DNA of 64,000 bases, from NCBI GenBank assembly GCA_016199805.1, contig JACQGC010000004.1:106908-170907 (forward strand), read 5' to 3'. This DNA is from Candidatus Nomurabacteria bacterium. GTDB lineage: Bacteria; Patescibacteriota; Minisyncoccia; Phycocordibacterales; UBA9973. Shown in pieces: positions 44,817 through 53,851 of this stretch. The position numbers were made by a program, and so were the translations under genes. Each line of letters opens with the position of its first letter. The first letter of the stretch is position 1. The notes below the pieces were generated by a model. It worked only from the letters and a program-made list of their open reading frames with translations, did not search any database and was not told where the DNA came from.

Positions 44817-45758
44817 ATGTGTATTATGAGTATACAAAATATGTTTTCTGAGAAAAAGCTTGTGATTCTTGTAGTCGTCGTTGCAGTTTTGGTTTTTGGG
44901 TATGTTGGATTAAACCAGTATCGCTCTAATAAAGCAGAACAAGCAAGACTCGAACCTTTATCTACTAGAGGTTTACCTCCACCGGCTGCAGATGTTGCCA
45001 CAGAATTATTTAAAGTAAAACCAATTTTAGAATTAAAAATACAAGACTCAGATACGAGCTCAACAAGCACAACGTCATCTCAACAATGGAAACTCACAGG
45101 TATAACAAATAAACAAATAAAACGAGTTACATTGGAATCTCATGATGGTTCTACTCAATCAACTATTCACCTAGAATTTAATACTGAAGGCACAAAATTA
45201 ATATATGAAACAACTAAAGCAAATATTGGGAAGAAAATGGGGATTTTTGTTAATGGAAAACTTTTGAGTGCTCCTAGAATAGGGGGAGTAATTAATGAGG
45301 GTCAGGTAATAATTAGTGGCAATTTAAGTGTAGATGAAGCAAACAGTATAGCTAGTCAAATTAATAATACTATTCCAATAGCCAATAGGCCAATACTTAA
45401 GCTAGTACCAGTTGATGATGTTACTAAACGAGATAATATTCGTATTGAGGATGTCCAACAAATAAATAAAGCGATTAAATTATACTATAATGATAAAAAT
45501 CCTTATTACCCTAAGAACTTAAAAGATTTAGTACCCAATTATATTTCAAAATTACCAGTAGCTCCAACACCAGCAGACGGTGATTGTAGTTTTTATGATA
45601 ATTCCTACGAGTATACCTTGGTAAGTAGCGAGAGTTACGTAATAAGTTTTTGCTTAGGAAATGAAACCAGTGGTTACTCAGCAGGATACCACACCATGAA
45701 TCCAAATGGAATTATTAGTTCTGATGGTGCACGTTATTTGCCAGGGTTTTCTTACTAG
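44817..45758 (+). CDS. Membrane-anchored/secreted hypothetical protein with Ser/Thr-rich linker
   Basis: 313 aa; N-terminal TM LVILVVVVAVLVFGYVGL; divergent from the ThiF-like operon. Confidence 0.55.
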   Translation: MCIMSIQNMFSEKKLVILVVVVAVLVFGYVGLNQYRSNKAEQARLEPLSTRGLPPPAADVATELFKVKPILELKIQDSDTSSTSTTSSQQWKLTGITNKQIKRVTLESHDGSTQSTIHLEFNTEGTKLIYETTKANIGKKMGIFVNGKLLSAPRIGGVINEGQVIISGNLSVDEANSIASQINNTIPIANRPILKLVPVDDVTKRDNIRIEDVQQINKAIKLYYNDKNPYYPKNLKDLVPNYISKLPVAPTPADGDCSFYDNSYEYTLVSSESYVISFCLGNETSGYSAGYHTMNPNGIISSDGARYLPGFSY

Positions 45759-45892
45759 ACTTCTTTTAAACATGACATATTATTTGAAGTGCAAATAACC
45801 ACGGTGGTCTTCAATGAAGTGAACGAAATGCTTCATGCAGGATACCACCTAAGGAAATATCATTTGTGAAACCTGCGACAATGCAACATTCG

Positions 45893-46375
45893 TCACAGGT
45901 TTTCTTTTAGAATTTTTTTTGCCAAAGCTTTGGTGTTGGAAAGCATATCCAAATTATCTATTTCACTAAGCGTAACCCATTTATATTCAGTGTGTTCGGC
46001 AGGATTTAAAATTATGTCTTTATTTTCAGGGAGAATGTTGAAAACATAGCCACGGCATCTTTTTTTATCAGAAACAGCATTGAAATCGAAAATTTCTGGC
46101 TTCGAGAGAAATTCTTTTATAGATAAATTTGTTTCTTCGAATAATTCTCTCCGCCCCCCAGAGAAAATATCCTCATTTTCATCGAGTTTACCTCCGGGCA
46201 GTTCATATAATCCCGGGAAATGGTCGGTTTTCGCTCTCTTCAACATTAACAGTGAATCACCTCGCACCATAGCTAGTCTTACTATTTTTCTACTTATTCC
46301 GTCTTTTTCTGCCGTGTCTGATAATTTCTTATTAATTATTTTATAATCTTTTTTTAAAATTGTTTTTTTAGGCAT
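45893..46375 (-). CDS. NUDIX hydrolase
   Basis: Nudix box GGKLDENEDIFSGGRRELFEETNL. Confidence 0.75.
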   Translation of the reverse strand: MPKKTILKKDYKIINKKLSDTAEKDGISRKIVRLAMVRGDSLLMLKRAKTDHFPGLYELPGGKLDENEDIFSGGRRELFEETNLSIKEFLSKPEIFDFNAVSDKKRCRGYVFNILPENKDIILNPAEHTEYKWVTLSEIDNLDMLSNTKALAKKILKENL

Positions 46376-47042
46376 GTGACAGTGTTCTCATATGTGCAAT
46401 ATATTCCCTGCAGATTGGTAATGATTTTTCCCAATATTCCAACGCCTTGTCAACTTCAAGCGGTATGCCTCCCCAGATAGCCTTATTTTCAAGTGAATTA
46501 GAACTAATACCGCATTGTTCCAATATATCTATCACTTCTTGTTTAGATTTTTCAATAATTGGAGCGTGTAACTTTATACCATACTCTTTCAAAAAATTTT
46601 TCATAAGTTCAAAAAAATCGTTTCGTTGTTCTATGTATCTGTCTTGCTTACCCTGATACCCAGAGTATCCGCACGCAATGTCATGAATATCGTTTTCCAA
46701 ACAATATAAAATAGCCCCGGCATATATGCCGAAGGCAATGGCGATAGGGTATACCACATGCATACTGTTTGTCTTTTCTATGGCTAGTTTTCTGAGTAAA
46801 TACCCATTTCCGGTAATAATACGTTCGGGGTCAATACTTTCAGGAAAAGCCTTCAAAAGCTCCATTTGTCTGATGTCTGGCGCTGAATCTCCATGCGGGC
46901 CAACCAGTTCGGGCAATCCTCCTTGATAGGTAAACAATTTTATAAAATATCCGGCGCGTATCATCTCAATGACTACAGACGAAGAATCCCTTCCTCCTGA
47001 GAACAACACAAGCACTTTTTTAGAAGTATTCACAATGTACAT
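46368..47042 (-). CDS. PP-loop ATP pyrophosphatase-family protein (QueC-like)
   Basis: VLVLFSGGRDSS PP-loop (SGGxDS); 224 aa; 8-nt overlap with the NUDIX gene. Confidence 0.5.
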   Translation of the reverse strand: MYIVNTSKKVLVLFSGGRDSSSVVIEMIRAGYFIKLFTYQGGLPELVGPHGDSAPDIRQMELLKAFPESIDPERIITGNGYLLRKLAIEKTNSMHVVYPIAIAFGIYAGAILYCLENDIHDIACGYSGYQGKQDRYIEQRNDFFELMKNFLKEYGIKLHAPIIEKSKQEVIDILEQCGISSNSLENKAIWGGIPLEVDKALEYWEKSLPICREYIAHMRTLSHA

Positions 47043-47279
47043 ATTTTAACACAAAAACCAATTTTTACTTGCCATGTAAACAAGGCATGTTATGATTGGC
47101 TTATGCTTAACAAGAAAAAAATAAAAGAAAAATTGGAAAAAGAAAGAGATCTTCTACTCGAAGAGATGAAAGGTATGGGCAAGCTGAATCCCGAGACAGG
47201 AGACTGGGAAGCAATTCCAGACTCAAACCTGCAAGAAACATAAGGAAGAAAATATTTAAAAAAATAATACTATCAAAAT

Positions 47280-48893
47280 ATGTCTTTCTCACGAGTATAT
47301 TCAGCTCAGACGCATCTACTAAAGGGAAAGATTGTTACTATTGAAGTTGATATTACTAAAAAAACTTTACATGCTTTTACTATTGTCGGATTGCCGGACA
47401 AAGCTGTGGACGAATCCAAAGACCGCATGAGCTCGGCCCTAAAGAATTCCGGCTTTAAGTCTCCCAAAAATCAAAATCAAAAAATAGTCATTTCACTTTC
47501 TCCGGCGGATTTAAAAAAAGAGGGGCCATACTTTGACTTGGCTATCGCATTGGCATATCTGCTCTCCGGTGAGGAAATAGATTTCGACCCGAAAGGAAAA
47601 ATTTTCTTGGGAGAACTTGCTTTAAACGGAGAATTACAGCCGGTTAAAGGAGTGCTGCCGCTCGCCGAGCAAGCCATGAAGCTGGGTTACAAAGAAATTT
47701 TTGTGCCGGAAGCAAATGCCCCCGAGGCGGCTTTGGTAAAAGGCATTACTGTTTACGGAGCGCGCACCTTAAAAGAAGTTATCGAACATCTCTCGAGTGG
47801 CGCCGACCCCGAAGGAAAGAGTACTTCCTACGGGGCAGGCAAAAAAGCAAAATTAGTTGGGAAAAAACAAATAAGAATTATTCCACAAAAACCAACTCAA
47901 ATAATTCACAAAGATACAGTGCATGATGTAGACTTTTCCGATATTAAGGGGCAAGAAAGTGCAAAGCGCGGGCTCGAAATAGCCGCTGCTGGTGGGCACA
48001 ATATAGCTATGTCTGGCCCGCCCGGCACCGGCAAAACCATGCTGGCGCGGGTGTTTTCACACTTGCTACCCGAGCTCGGCAATGACGACATTTTGGAAAT
48101 TACGGGCATACACTCCGTCGTGGGACTACTCGAAGATGCTCTCGTCACCGAGCCGCCTTTTCGCGCTCCGCACCATACCGCGAGCTATGTATCCATGATT
48201 GGTGGCGGCACAAACCCCAAACCCGGGGAAGTTACTTTGGCCCACAAAGGGGTGCTTTTCTTGGACGAATTTCCGGAATTTGAAAAGAGGGTATTGGAGG
48301 CTTTGCGCCAACCCCTCGAAGATAACATTGTTTCCATTTCCCGCGCCAGAGGTTCCGCTATTTTCCCTTCAAATTTTATTTTAGTCGCGGCAATGAATCC
48401 CTGCCCGTGCGGGAACAAGGGCAACAAAGACAAAATTTGCATTTGCAAACCGAGCGACTTGGACCGCTACGCGCGGCGAATCTCGGGACCCATCATAGAC
48501 CGCATAGACCTGTGGGTCGCCGTCGGCAATGTGGATTATGAAAAACTTAGTGACGAAGTGGTACGCAGTGAAAGGACGCACACCATAAAAGAACGGGTGA
48601 AAAAAGCGCGACTGATGCAGGAGAAAAGATTTGCGAAATCCCAAAACAATTCGAAGAGAAGAATAAAAACCAACAGTGAGATGAATGTGAAAGAGCTCAG
48701 TGTGTTTGTGCCACTTAGCCCCGAAGTGAAAGAACTTTTAAACGACAGTGCCGAGAGGTTAGCTTTGTCGGCGAGAGCGTATCATAGAGTAATAAAAATA
48801 GCCCGCACAATAGCCGACCTAGAAAATTCCCCCAATGTGGAAGCGAATCATATTTTGGAAGCTATTCAGTACCGCCCGAAGGTCACTAACTAA
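47280..48893 (+). CDS. comM: Mg-chelatase-like AAA+ ATPase YifB/ComM
   Basis: 537 aa; Lon-protease-like N-terminal domain, Walker A GPPGTGKTML, C-terminal ChlI-like domain. Confidence 0.85.
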   Translation: MSFSRVYSAQTHLLKGKIVTIEVDITKKTLHAFTIVGLPDKAVDESKDRMSSALKNSGFKSPKNQNQKIVISLSPADLKKEGPYFDLAIALAYLLSGEEIDFDPKGKIFLGELALNGELQPVKGVLPLAEQAMKLGYKEIFVPEANAPEAALVKGITVYGARTLKEVIEHLSSGADPEGKSTSYGAGKKAKLVGKKQIRIIPQKPTQIIHKDTVHDVDFSDIKGQESAKRGLEIAAAGGHNIAMSGPPGTGKTMLARVFSHLLPELGNDDILEITGIHSVVGLLEDALVTEPPFRAPHHTASYVSMIGGGTNPKPGEVTLAHKGVLFLDEFPEFEKRVLEALRQPLEDNIVSISRARGSAIFPSNFILVAAMNPCPCGNKGNKDKICICKPSDLDRYARRISGPIIDRIDLWVAVGNVDYEKLSDEVVRSERTHTIKERVKKARLMQEKRFAKSQNNSKRRIKTNSEMNVKELSVFVPLSPEVKELLNDSAERLALSARAYHRVIKIARTIADLENSPNVEANHILEAIQYRPKVTN

Positions 48894-48977
48894 ACCTGGA
48901 CTTTCTCTTCATATATGTTATCGTAAATACGAATTTAAACTTGTCCCCCATACACAATTGGGGAGTATGGAGTATAT

Positions 48978-49253
48978 ATGTACACAAAACAAAGCATTTT
49001 GAACTTCCTTACCCGCACAAGGCAGCACGAGGAAGTCCAAGAAGATGTGAGGAGGAGAATGGAGGTTATCGCCAAGGGAAAGAACAATTTCCCCGAAGGG
49101 GACATCTACTATGTCCTGGAAAATCCCATCCTCGTGCGGGCCTTTCTCGAGTGGGTCGCCGAGTCCTACCTCCTCTCGGTTTCGGCGAGGGAAGCAGAAC
49201 GCCAGGCGGAGGCTTGGCACGAGGCTTTCGCTTACAAATACGCAATCACATAG
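48978..49253 (+). CDS. Hypothetical 91-aa protein in GC-rich island
   Basis: ORF followed 9 nt later by a strong hairpin (ccgcccgggtggag/ctccacccgggcg) plus T-tract. Confidence 0.4.
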   Translation: MYTKQSILNFLTRTRQHEEVQEDVRRRMEVIAKGKNNFPEGDIYYVLENPILVRAFLEWVAESYLLSVSAREAERQAEAWHEAFAYKYAIT

Positions 49254-49261
49254 TTAGTCAT

Positions 49262-49300
49262 CGCACCCGCCCGGGTGGAGGAAGCTCCACCCGGGCGCTT
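49262..49300 (+). terminator. Rho-independent terminator
   Basis: cacccgcccgggtggaggaagctccacccgggcg followed by cttcctatttta. Confidence 0.6.
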
Positions 49301-49390
49301 CCTATTTTATATACAATTTTATCAACTAGCTTTTATTTTTTTATGGGTTCATAATAAATTCATAACTTAGTCCTTTGAAAGGGGATCAAG

Positions 49391-49723
49391 ATGAAAGAAG
49401 GCAGAACCATACTGTGGTTCGGATACGAAGTTGTGCTGATAGCGTTTGTGTGCGAAATCGGCATAAACGCTTACTGGTGGGCTCTGCGAAATGGCAAGAA
49501 AGAAATGTTGTCATTTCGCACATCCGGGAACGAAACAGACGACCACTCGTATCAGCACAAGCCATCTAAAAAGTGTTCTTCTACCAAAAAGTCACGCCAA
49601 TGGCTTCAGGTGAAAAAGCGGACTGCCAAAGTCCGTTCCAAGAAGAACAGCAAGAAGAAGCGGACCGTCGCCCAAGTCCGCAAAGACAAGAAACGGCTCG
49701 CCCGCCAACGTCTCCGCAAATAA
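49391..49723 (+). CDS. Hypothetical 110-aa protein: one TM helix followed by an extremely Lys/Arg-rich tail
   Basis: ILWFGYEVVLIAFVCEIGINAYWWAL then KKCSSTKKSRQW...KKNSKKKRT...RKDKKRLARQRLRK. Confidence 0.4.
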   Translation: MKEGRTILWFGYEVVLIAFVCEIGINAYWWALRNGKKEMLSFRTSGNETDDHSYQHKPSKKCSSTKKSRQWLQVKKRTAKVRSKKNSKKKRTVAQVRKDKKRLARQRLRK

Positions 49724-49740
49724 CTCCCGCCATCATCGTA

Positions 49741-49780
49741 TCGTATCAAGGCGGTCGCTTCCCCAGCGACCGCCTCTTCT
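49741..49780 (+). terminator. Rho-independent terminator
   Basis: aggcggtcgcttccccagcgaccgcct followed by cttctagtttt. Confidence 0.6.
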
Positions 49781-49854
49781 AGTTTTAGTGCGGCTAGCTT
49801 TTTATTTTTATAGGTGCATACTTGATTTGATACAGTTCCTCAGGTGAGGTTTCT

Positions 49855-50076
49855 ATGCGCTCCGGACACAAGGAATGTTTCTGCCCCGTTTGCGAAAAGA
49901 AGACATTCTTCTATCTTTACGCAGCCGGTTGGGCCTGTATGAATCTAGAGCTCTCACACCCCTGGAGGGAGGGGAAGGAGATCAAACCGATTCCAGTCAT
50001 CGTCATAGAGGTGGCGACAATAGCCCATCGCGATAACGTGGTGGAGCTTCTCCCAAGGAGGAAGAAGGCCGGATGA
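49855..50076 (+). CDS. Hypothetical 73-aa protein with CPVC Zn-ribbon-like motif
   Basis: HKECFCPVCEKK; followed by hairpin gtgaggggg...ccccctcac at 50093-50125. Confidence 0.3.
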   Translation: MRSGHKECFCPVCEKKTFFYLYAAGWACMNLELSHPWREGKEIKPIPVIVIEVATIAHRDNVVELLPRRKKAG

Positions 50077-50092
50077 ACTATCGAACAGTGTG

Positions 50093-50125
50093 AGGGGGCC
50101 GACGCAACTCGACCCCCTCACAAAA
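50093..50125 (+). terminator. Rho-independent terminator-like hairpin
   Basis: gtgagggggccgacgcaactcgaccccctcac followed by aaaataatcttt. Confidence 0.45.
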
Positions 50126-50224
50126 TAATCTTTAAATTGGACTAGGTAATACCTAGTTTTTTTATTGCTTGAGCCTGCCCCGTATCAAGTTTGGCTTTGG
50201 TTCGGGGTTATCCACAGTTTGCAT

Positions 50225-50253
50225 TTGACAGTGAACGAGCGTTCACTTATACT
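50225..50253 (+). promoter_or_regulatory. Sigma70-type promoter TTGACA-17-TATACT with embedded LexA (Cheo-type) box GAAC-N4-GTTC
   Basis: ttgacaGTGAACGAGCGTTCACttatact; box at 50232-50245 lies in the spacer. Confidence 0.65.
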
Positions 50254-50286
50254 AACTAAGTCGTAGTTTATAAGTTTAATTAAAAT

Positions 50287-50343
50287 TTACGTCGCGCTTC
50301 GTCGCATTTCAATGGAGAATGCGACATGATTCAGCAGAATCAA
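50287..50343 (+). promoter_or_regulatory. Variant copy of start-proximal element E overlapping the start of the SOS-box-regulated small ORF
   Basis: acgtcgcgcttcgtcgcatttcaatggagaatgcgacATGATTCAGCAGAATCAA. Confidence 0.4.
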
Positions 50344-50571
50344 TTGCGCGACGCGATTTTGCAAAATCGCATGTCTCAATCACAATATTTAAAAATGTTA
50401 GAAAAAGAGATTCAGAAGATTAATCAAAAGATTGATTTGAAGATTCTTCAAGGTGAAGCATATTTCAAGGAAGCCAGGGACCACAAGTTGCTCCTCAAAA
50501 AAGTCCGCTATCATACCCGCCGCAGTTTTTTCAGCCGGGTTTTTCCGGGATTGGCAAAATTTTCTTTCTAA
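50326..50571 (+). CDS. Small coiled-coil hypothetical protein co-transcribed upstream of lexA, under the LexA-box promoter
   Basis: 81 aa (MIQQNQLRDAILQNR...); 6-nt gap to lexA. Confidence 0.5.
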   Translation: MIQQNQLRDAILQNRMSQSQYLKMLEKEIQKINQKIDLKILQGEAYFKEARDHKLLLKKVRYHTRRSFFSRVFPGLAKFSF

Positions 50572-50577
50572 AAAATA

Positions 50578-51156
50578 ATGAGAAACGAATATCAAAATAA
50601 ATTAGAAACTTTCTACGGCGACAATAAACGGATGCCGACTTATTCCGAGATGCTGAAACTTTTCGGTTTCAAGTCCAAGAACGCCGTGGCCAGAGTGGTG
50701 GAGAAACTCATAGATGCCGGACTGGTGGCCAAAGACCATTTGGGCAGATTGATACCAAGTCAAACCTTTTCGGAAATGACCACCAATGTGCCTATGCTGG
50801 GCTATGTCACCGCCGGTTTCCCGGCGACAGTGGAAGAGGAACTGGTCGACACGGTGAACCTGGACGATATGCTGATAAAAAACAAACCGCTGACATATAT
50901 GCTCGAAGTGGACGGAGACTCGATGATAGATGCGCACATAGAAAAAGGGGATATGGTTCTCGTAGAAAAAGCCACCACAGCCAAAGATATGCAAATAGTC
51001 ATAGCCGAAGTAGACGGGGAGTTTACCATGAAATATTTTAGAAATAAAAATGGGAAATCTTGGCTCGAACCGGCCAATAAAAACTATAAGCCGATATATC
51101 CGGAGCATTCTTTAAACATCAACGCCGTGGTGAAGGCAGTTATTAGAAAATATTAA
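50578..51156 (+). CDS. lexA: LexA repressor (S24 peptidase)
   Basis: N-terminal wHTH (MPTYSEMLKLFGFKSKNAVARVVEKLIDAGLV); cleavage region AG/VTAG; S24 catalytic GDSM and K (EVDGDSMIDAHI...MQIVIAEV). Confidence 0.8.
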   Translation: MRNEYQNKLETFYGDNKRMPTYSEMLKLFGFKSKNAVARVVEKLIDAGLVAKDHLGRLIPSQTFSEMTTNVPMLGYVTAGFPATVEEELVDTVNLDDMLIKNKPLTYMLEVDGDSMIDAHIEKGDMVLVEKATTAKDMQIVIAEVDGEFTMKYFRNKNGKSWLEPANKNYKPIYPEHSLNINAVVKAVIRKY

Positions 51157-51162
51157 AATTTT

Positions 51163-51600
51163 ATGCATCTTTTCTGGGAAAATCTAATTGAAGTTTCGAT
51201 TAAAATAATACCCATACTGGTCGCAGCGCTGGTGGGATTTCTATTTGGTGTATTGAAAGACCACAAAAATACAATTTTTAATAAAAAACTGGCCGTATAT
51301 TCTCAAATAATATCGAGCATCAACAAACATGAATATATGACGGAAAATTTCAACAAGATGGATTTGATAGACCTCTTTGCCCCGGCTCGCTTGTTGGGTA
51401 GCAGGAAGCTGGAATTTTACTTAAGGGAATATTATGCCTTGGTTGTGGAATATTTGCATATTGATGAAATCTCCGCAAGGGAAACCAAAAGCGATGAAAT
51501 CTCGGAAGTGGTGATGAACATAGAGCAGATAATGCGGGAAGAATTGGGCAACCGGAGAACCTTATCTGCAAAAGAAATATTTAAGCATGTGTATAGATAA
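51163..51600 (+). CDS. Hypothetical protein with N-terminal TM
   Basis: 145 aa ORF; 7 nt after lexA. Confidence 0.45.
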   Translation: MHLFWENLIEVSIKIIPILVAALVGFLFGVLKDHKNTIFNKKLAVYSQIISSINKHEYMTENFNKMDLIDLFAPARLLGSRKLEFYLREYYALVVEYLHIDEISARETKSDEISEVVMNIEQIMREELGNRRTLSAKEIFKHVYR

Positions 51601-51603
51601 AAA

Positions 51604-51640
51604 CAAAAAACACCCTAGTGGGTGTTTTTTGTTTTTCATT
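51604..51640. terminator. Bidirectional rho-independent terminator (A-tract, hairpin acaccctagtgggtgt, T-tract)
   Basis: aaaaaacaccctagtgggtgttttttgttttt between the convergent 51163-51600 and hup genes. Confidence 0.65.
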
Positions 51641-51659
51641 CTTTTCGCGCGAAAAGAAT

Positions 51660-51932
51660 TTATGCAACCATATCTTTCAAACCTTTTGCAGCTCGGAATT
51701 TTGGAACTTTCTTTGCGGCAACTTTGACTTGCTCTCCAGTCTTTGGATTGCGAGCCATGCGGGCAGCTCGGGCCTTTACGGAGAAGATTCCGAAGCCAGC
51801 TATTGAAACTTCACCTCCCTTTTTCAAGGTTGCAATGATAGCGTCAAATAGGCTGTCTACGATTTCCTCTGCTTGCACTTTCGTGCCACCCAACTTTCCG
51901 TGTACTAATTCAGCTAATGCTTGTTTATTCAT
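51660..51932 (-). CDS. hup: HU-family DNA-binding protein
   Basis: 90 aa; GFGIFSVKARAARMARNPKTGEQVKV arm motif. Confidence 0.85.
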   Translation of the reverse strand: MNKQALAELVHGKLGGTKVQAEEIVDSLFDAIIATLKKGGEVSIAGFGIFSVKARAARMARNPKTGEQVKVAAKKVPKFRAAKGLKDMVA

Positions 51933-51979
51933 ATGATTCTGCGAATCACGTCGCGCAAGTCCTTTCGGCGCGACGCAAC
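51933..51979 (-). promoter_or_regulatory. Variant copy of start-proximal element E in the hup leader (GC hairpin + GATTCGCAGAATCAT + ATG)
   Basis: On the mRNA strand: gcgtcgcgccgaaaggacttgcgcgacgtGATTCGCAGAATCATatg. Confidence 0.4.
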
Positions 51980-52087
51980 TTAAAAGTTAATTTAATAATC
52001 TGTTCGACCTTTTAACCCTTATATTTGCTACCACCTTATTATATAGCAAGGGTTTTTTAAGGCAAGGGGTCGAAAAATATAACTTTT

Positions 52088-53614
52088 TTAGCGGGCGTAT
52101 TCGATAATACGTGTTTCGCGTATCATGGTGACCTTGATTTCACCAGGGTATTTGAGTTCTTGTTCTATTTTTATGGCTATATCGCGGGCCATGAGCTTGG
52201 CTTCGGCGTCGGAAATCTTTTCCGGGGTGACAAATATGCGGATTTCACGTCCGGCTTGCAAGGCATACGATTTCTCGACAGCCGGGAAGGTGTTTACCAG
52301 CGCTTCCAATTCTTGCAAGCGTTTCAAGTAGTTTTCTACGGAGTCTCGGCGAGCGCCAGGGCGGCCACCAGAGATGGAGTCGGCTGTCTGCACGATAATG
52401 GATTCGATGGTTTCATAAGGGTAGTCTTCGTGATGGCTTTTCATCGCGGTTATTATGCGCGGGTCGGCGCCGAACTTTTGCAATATGCGCATACCTATCT
52501 CTATGTGTGTGCCTTGTACTTCATGGTCGAGGGCTTTACCGATGTCGTGCACCAGGGCTCCGGCTTTGGCGATGGCCACGTCGGCGCCGAGTTCTTCGGC
52601 CAGCATGCCGGCAATGTGCGCCATTTCAATGGAATGCTGGAGAACATTTTGCCCGTAACTGGTGCGGAAATATAATCGTCCAATGATGGCCACGATGCGC
52701 GGGTCGAAATTGAATATACCGCATTCGTAAACCGCTTGTTCTCCTTTTTCCTTGATGATTTTATTTATTTCCTCTTTGGCTTTTTCCACCAGCTCCTCAA
52801 TCTTGGCGGGCTGAATGCGTCCATCCAAAATCAAATTTTCAAGCGCCAAACGGGCCACTTGCCTGCGGATAGGGTCAAAAGAAGAAATGACGATAGAGCC
52901 CGGAGTGTCATCCACGATGAGTTCCACGCCGGAAGCTCGCTCAAAAGCTCGGATGTTACGGCCTTCCTTTCCGATAATTTTACCCTTGATTTCGTTGTTG
53001 GGTATGGAAACGACGGTGGTCATGAGCTCGGAAGCCGTGCTGGAAGACAGGCGTTGGATAGAAGTAGCCAAAATATCTTTAGCTCTACGGTCCAATTTTT
53101 CCTCATTATTATTTTCGAGCTTTTGTATCTTCACCAAGATGTCTTCCTCGTACTTTTTCTCCACGTCTTTCAGAAGTTCGTCTTTTGCTTCTACCTCGGT
53201 CAGCTTGGCTACGCGTTCCAATTCCAATATCTTGTCCGCTTCGGCCTTGGAAACTCTCTCCTGGATCTTTTTAATTTCTTCCACCTTCGTCTTTATATTT
53301 TCTACCTCTTTGTCCACCTCCATCTGGCGCACGTCCAAAAACTCATCCTTCTTGATAAGTCTTTTTTCCGTCTCTTTGAACTCGTGTTCTTTCTTCTTCT
53401 CTTCGTCGCGAAGTTCCGCCAGTTTTGTCTCGGAAGTTTTCTTGGCTTCGTCCACAATGTTTTGCGCTTCTTCCTTGGCGCCGACCATCATCTGCTTGAT
53501 GTCTATCTCGATAGACCTTCTCTTCCCGAGAGCGATAATCAGACGCAGATAGTAACCTATGCCTACGCCCAAGAGGAGCACCGCGACCCCGACTAAAATT
53601 ATTATTATACTCAT
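52088..53614 (-). CDS. rny: Ribonuclease Y
   Basis: N-terminal TM, long coiled coil, KH (GKIIGKEGRNIRAFE), HD domain (HSIEMAH...LVHDIGKA). Confidence 0.85.
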   Translation of the reverse strand: MSIIIILVGVAVLLLGVGIGYYLRLIIALGKRRSIEIDIKQMMVGAKEEAQNIVDEAKKTSETKLAELRDEEKKKEHEFKETEKRLIKKDEFLDVRQMEVDKEVENIKTKVEEIKKIQERVSKAEADKILELERVAKLTEVEAKDELLKDVEKKYEEDILVKIQKLENNNEEKLDRRAKDILATSIQRLSSSTASELMTTVVSIPNNEIKGKIIGKEGRNIRAFERASGVELIVDDTPGSIVISSFDPIRRQVARLALENLILDGRIQPAKIEELVEKAKEEINKIIKEKGEQAVYECGIFNFDPRIVAIIGRLYFRTSYGQNVLQHSIEMAHIAGMLAEELGADVAIAKAGALVHDIGKALDHEVQGTHIEIGMRILQKFGADPRIITAMKSHHEDYPYETIESIIVQTADSISGGRPGARRDSVENYLKRLQELEALVNTFPAVEKSYALQAGREIRIFVTPEKISDAEAKLMARDIAIKIEQELKYPGEIKVTMIRETRIIEYAR

Positions 53615-53851
53615 AAGCTTTGTGTCAGCTTACAAGAACAAGCCACTATATAGAGTTCTCCTTTTTTGCGAGGATGTCAGTAAAGATTTGAAAATTTTCT
53701 CTCATACTTTCTTTTATAAACTTCATAATATATGGAATATTCCTGTGAACCGGACTTAAATTAACAAAATAAATTTCTAAATTTCAACTTTTTCAGTATA
53801 ACAGATAAAAGATTTTTTGTCTATATAATTTTTTTGTGCTAAAATAATGCT

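Noticed and set aside
47103-47243. 46-aa Lys/Glu-rich ORF upstream of comM (MLNKKKIKEKLEKERDLLLEEMKGMGKLNPETGDWEAIPDSNLQET)
   Set aside because: It has no convincing RBS, a low-complexity charged sequence and no recognisable family. It is possibly real but unsupported.
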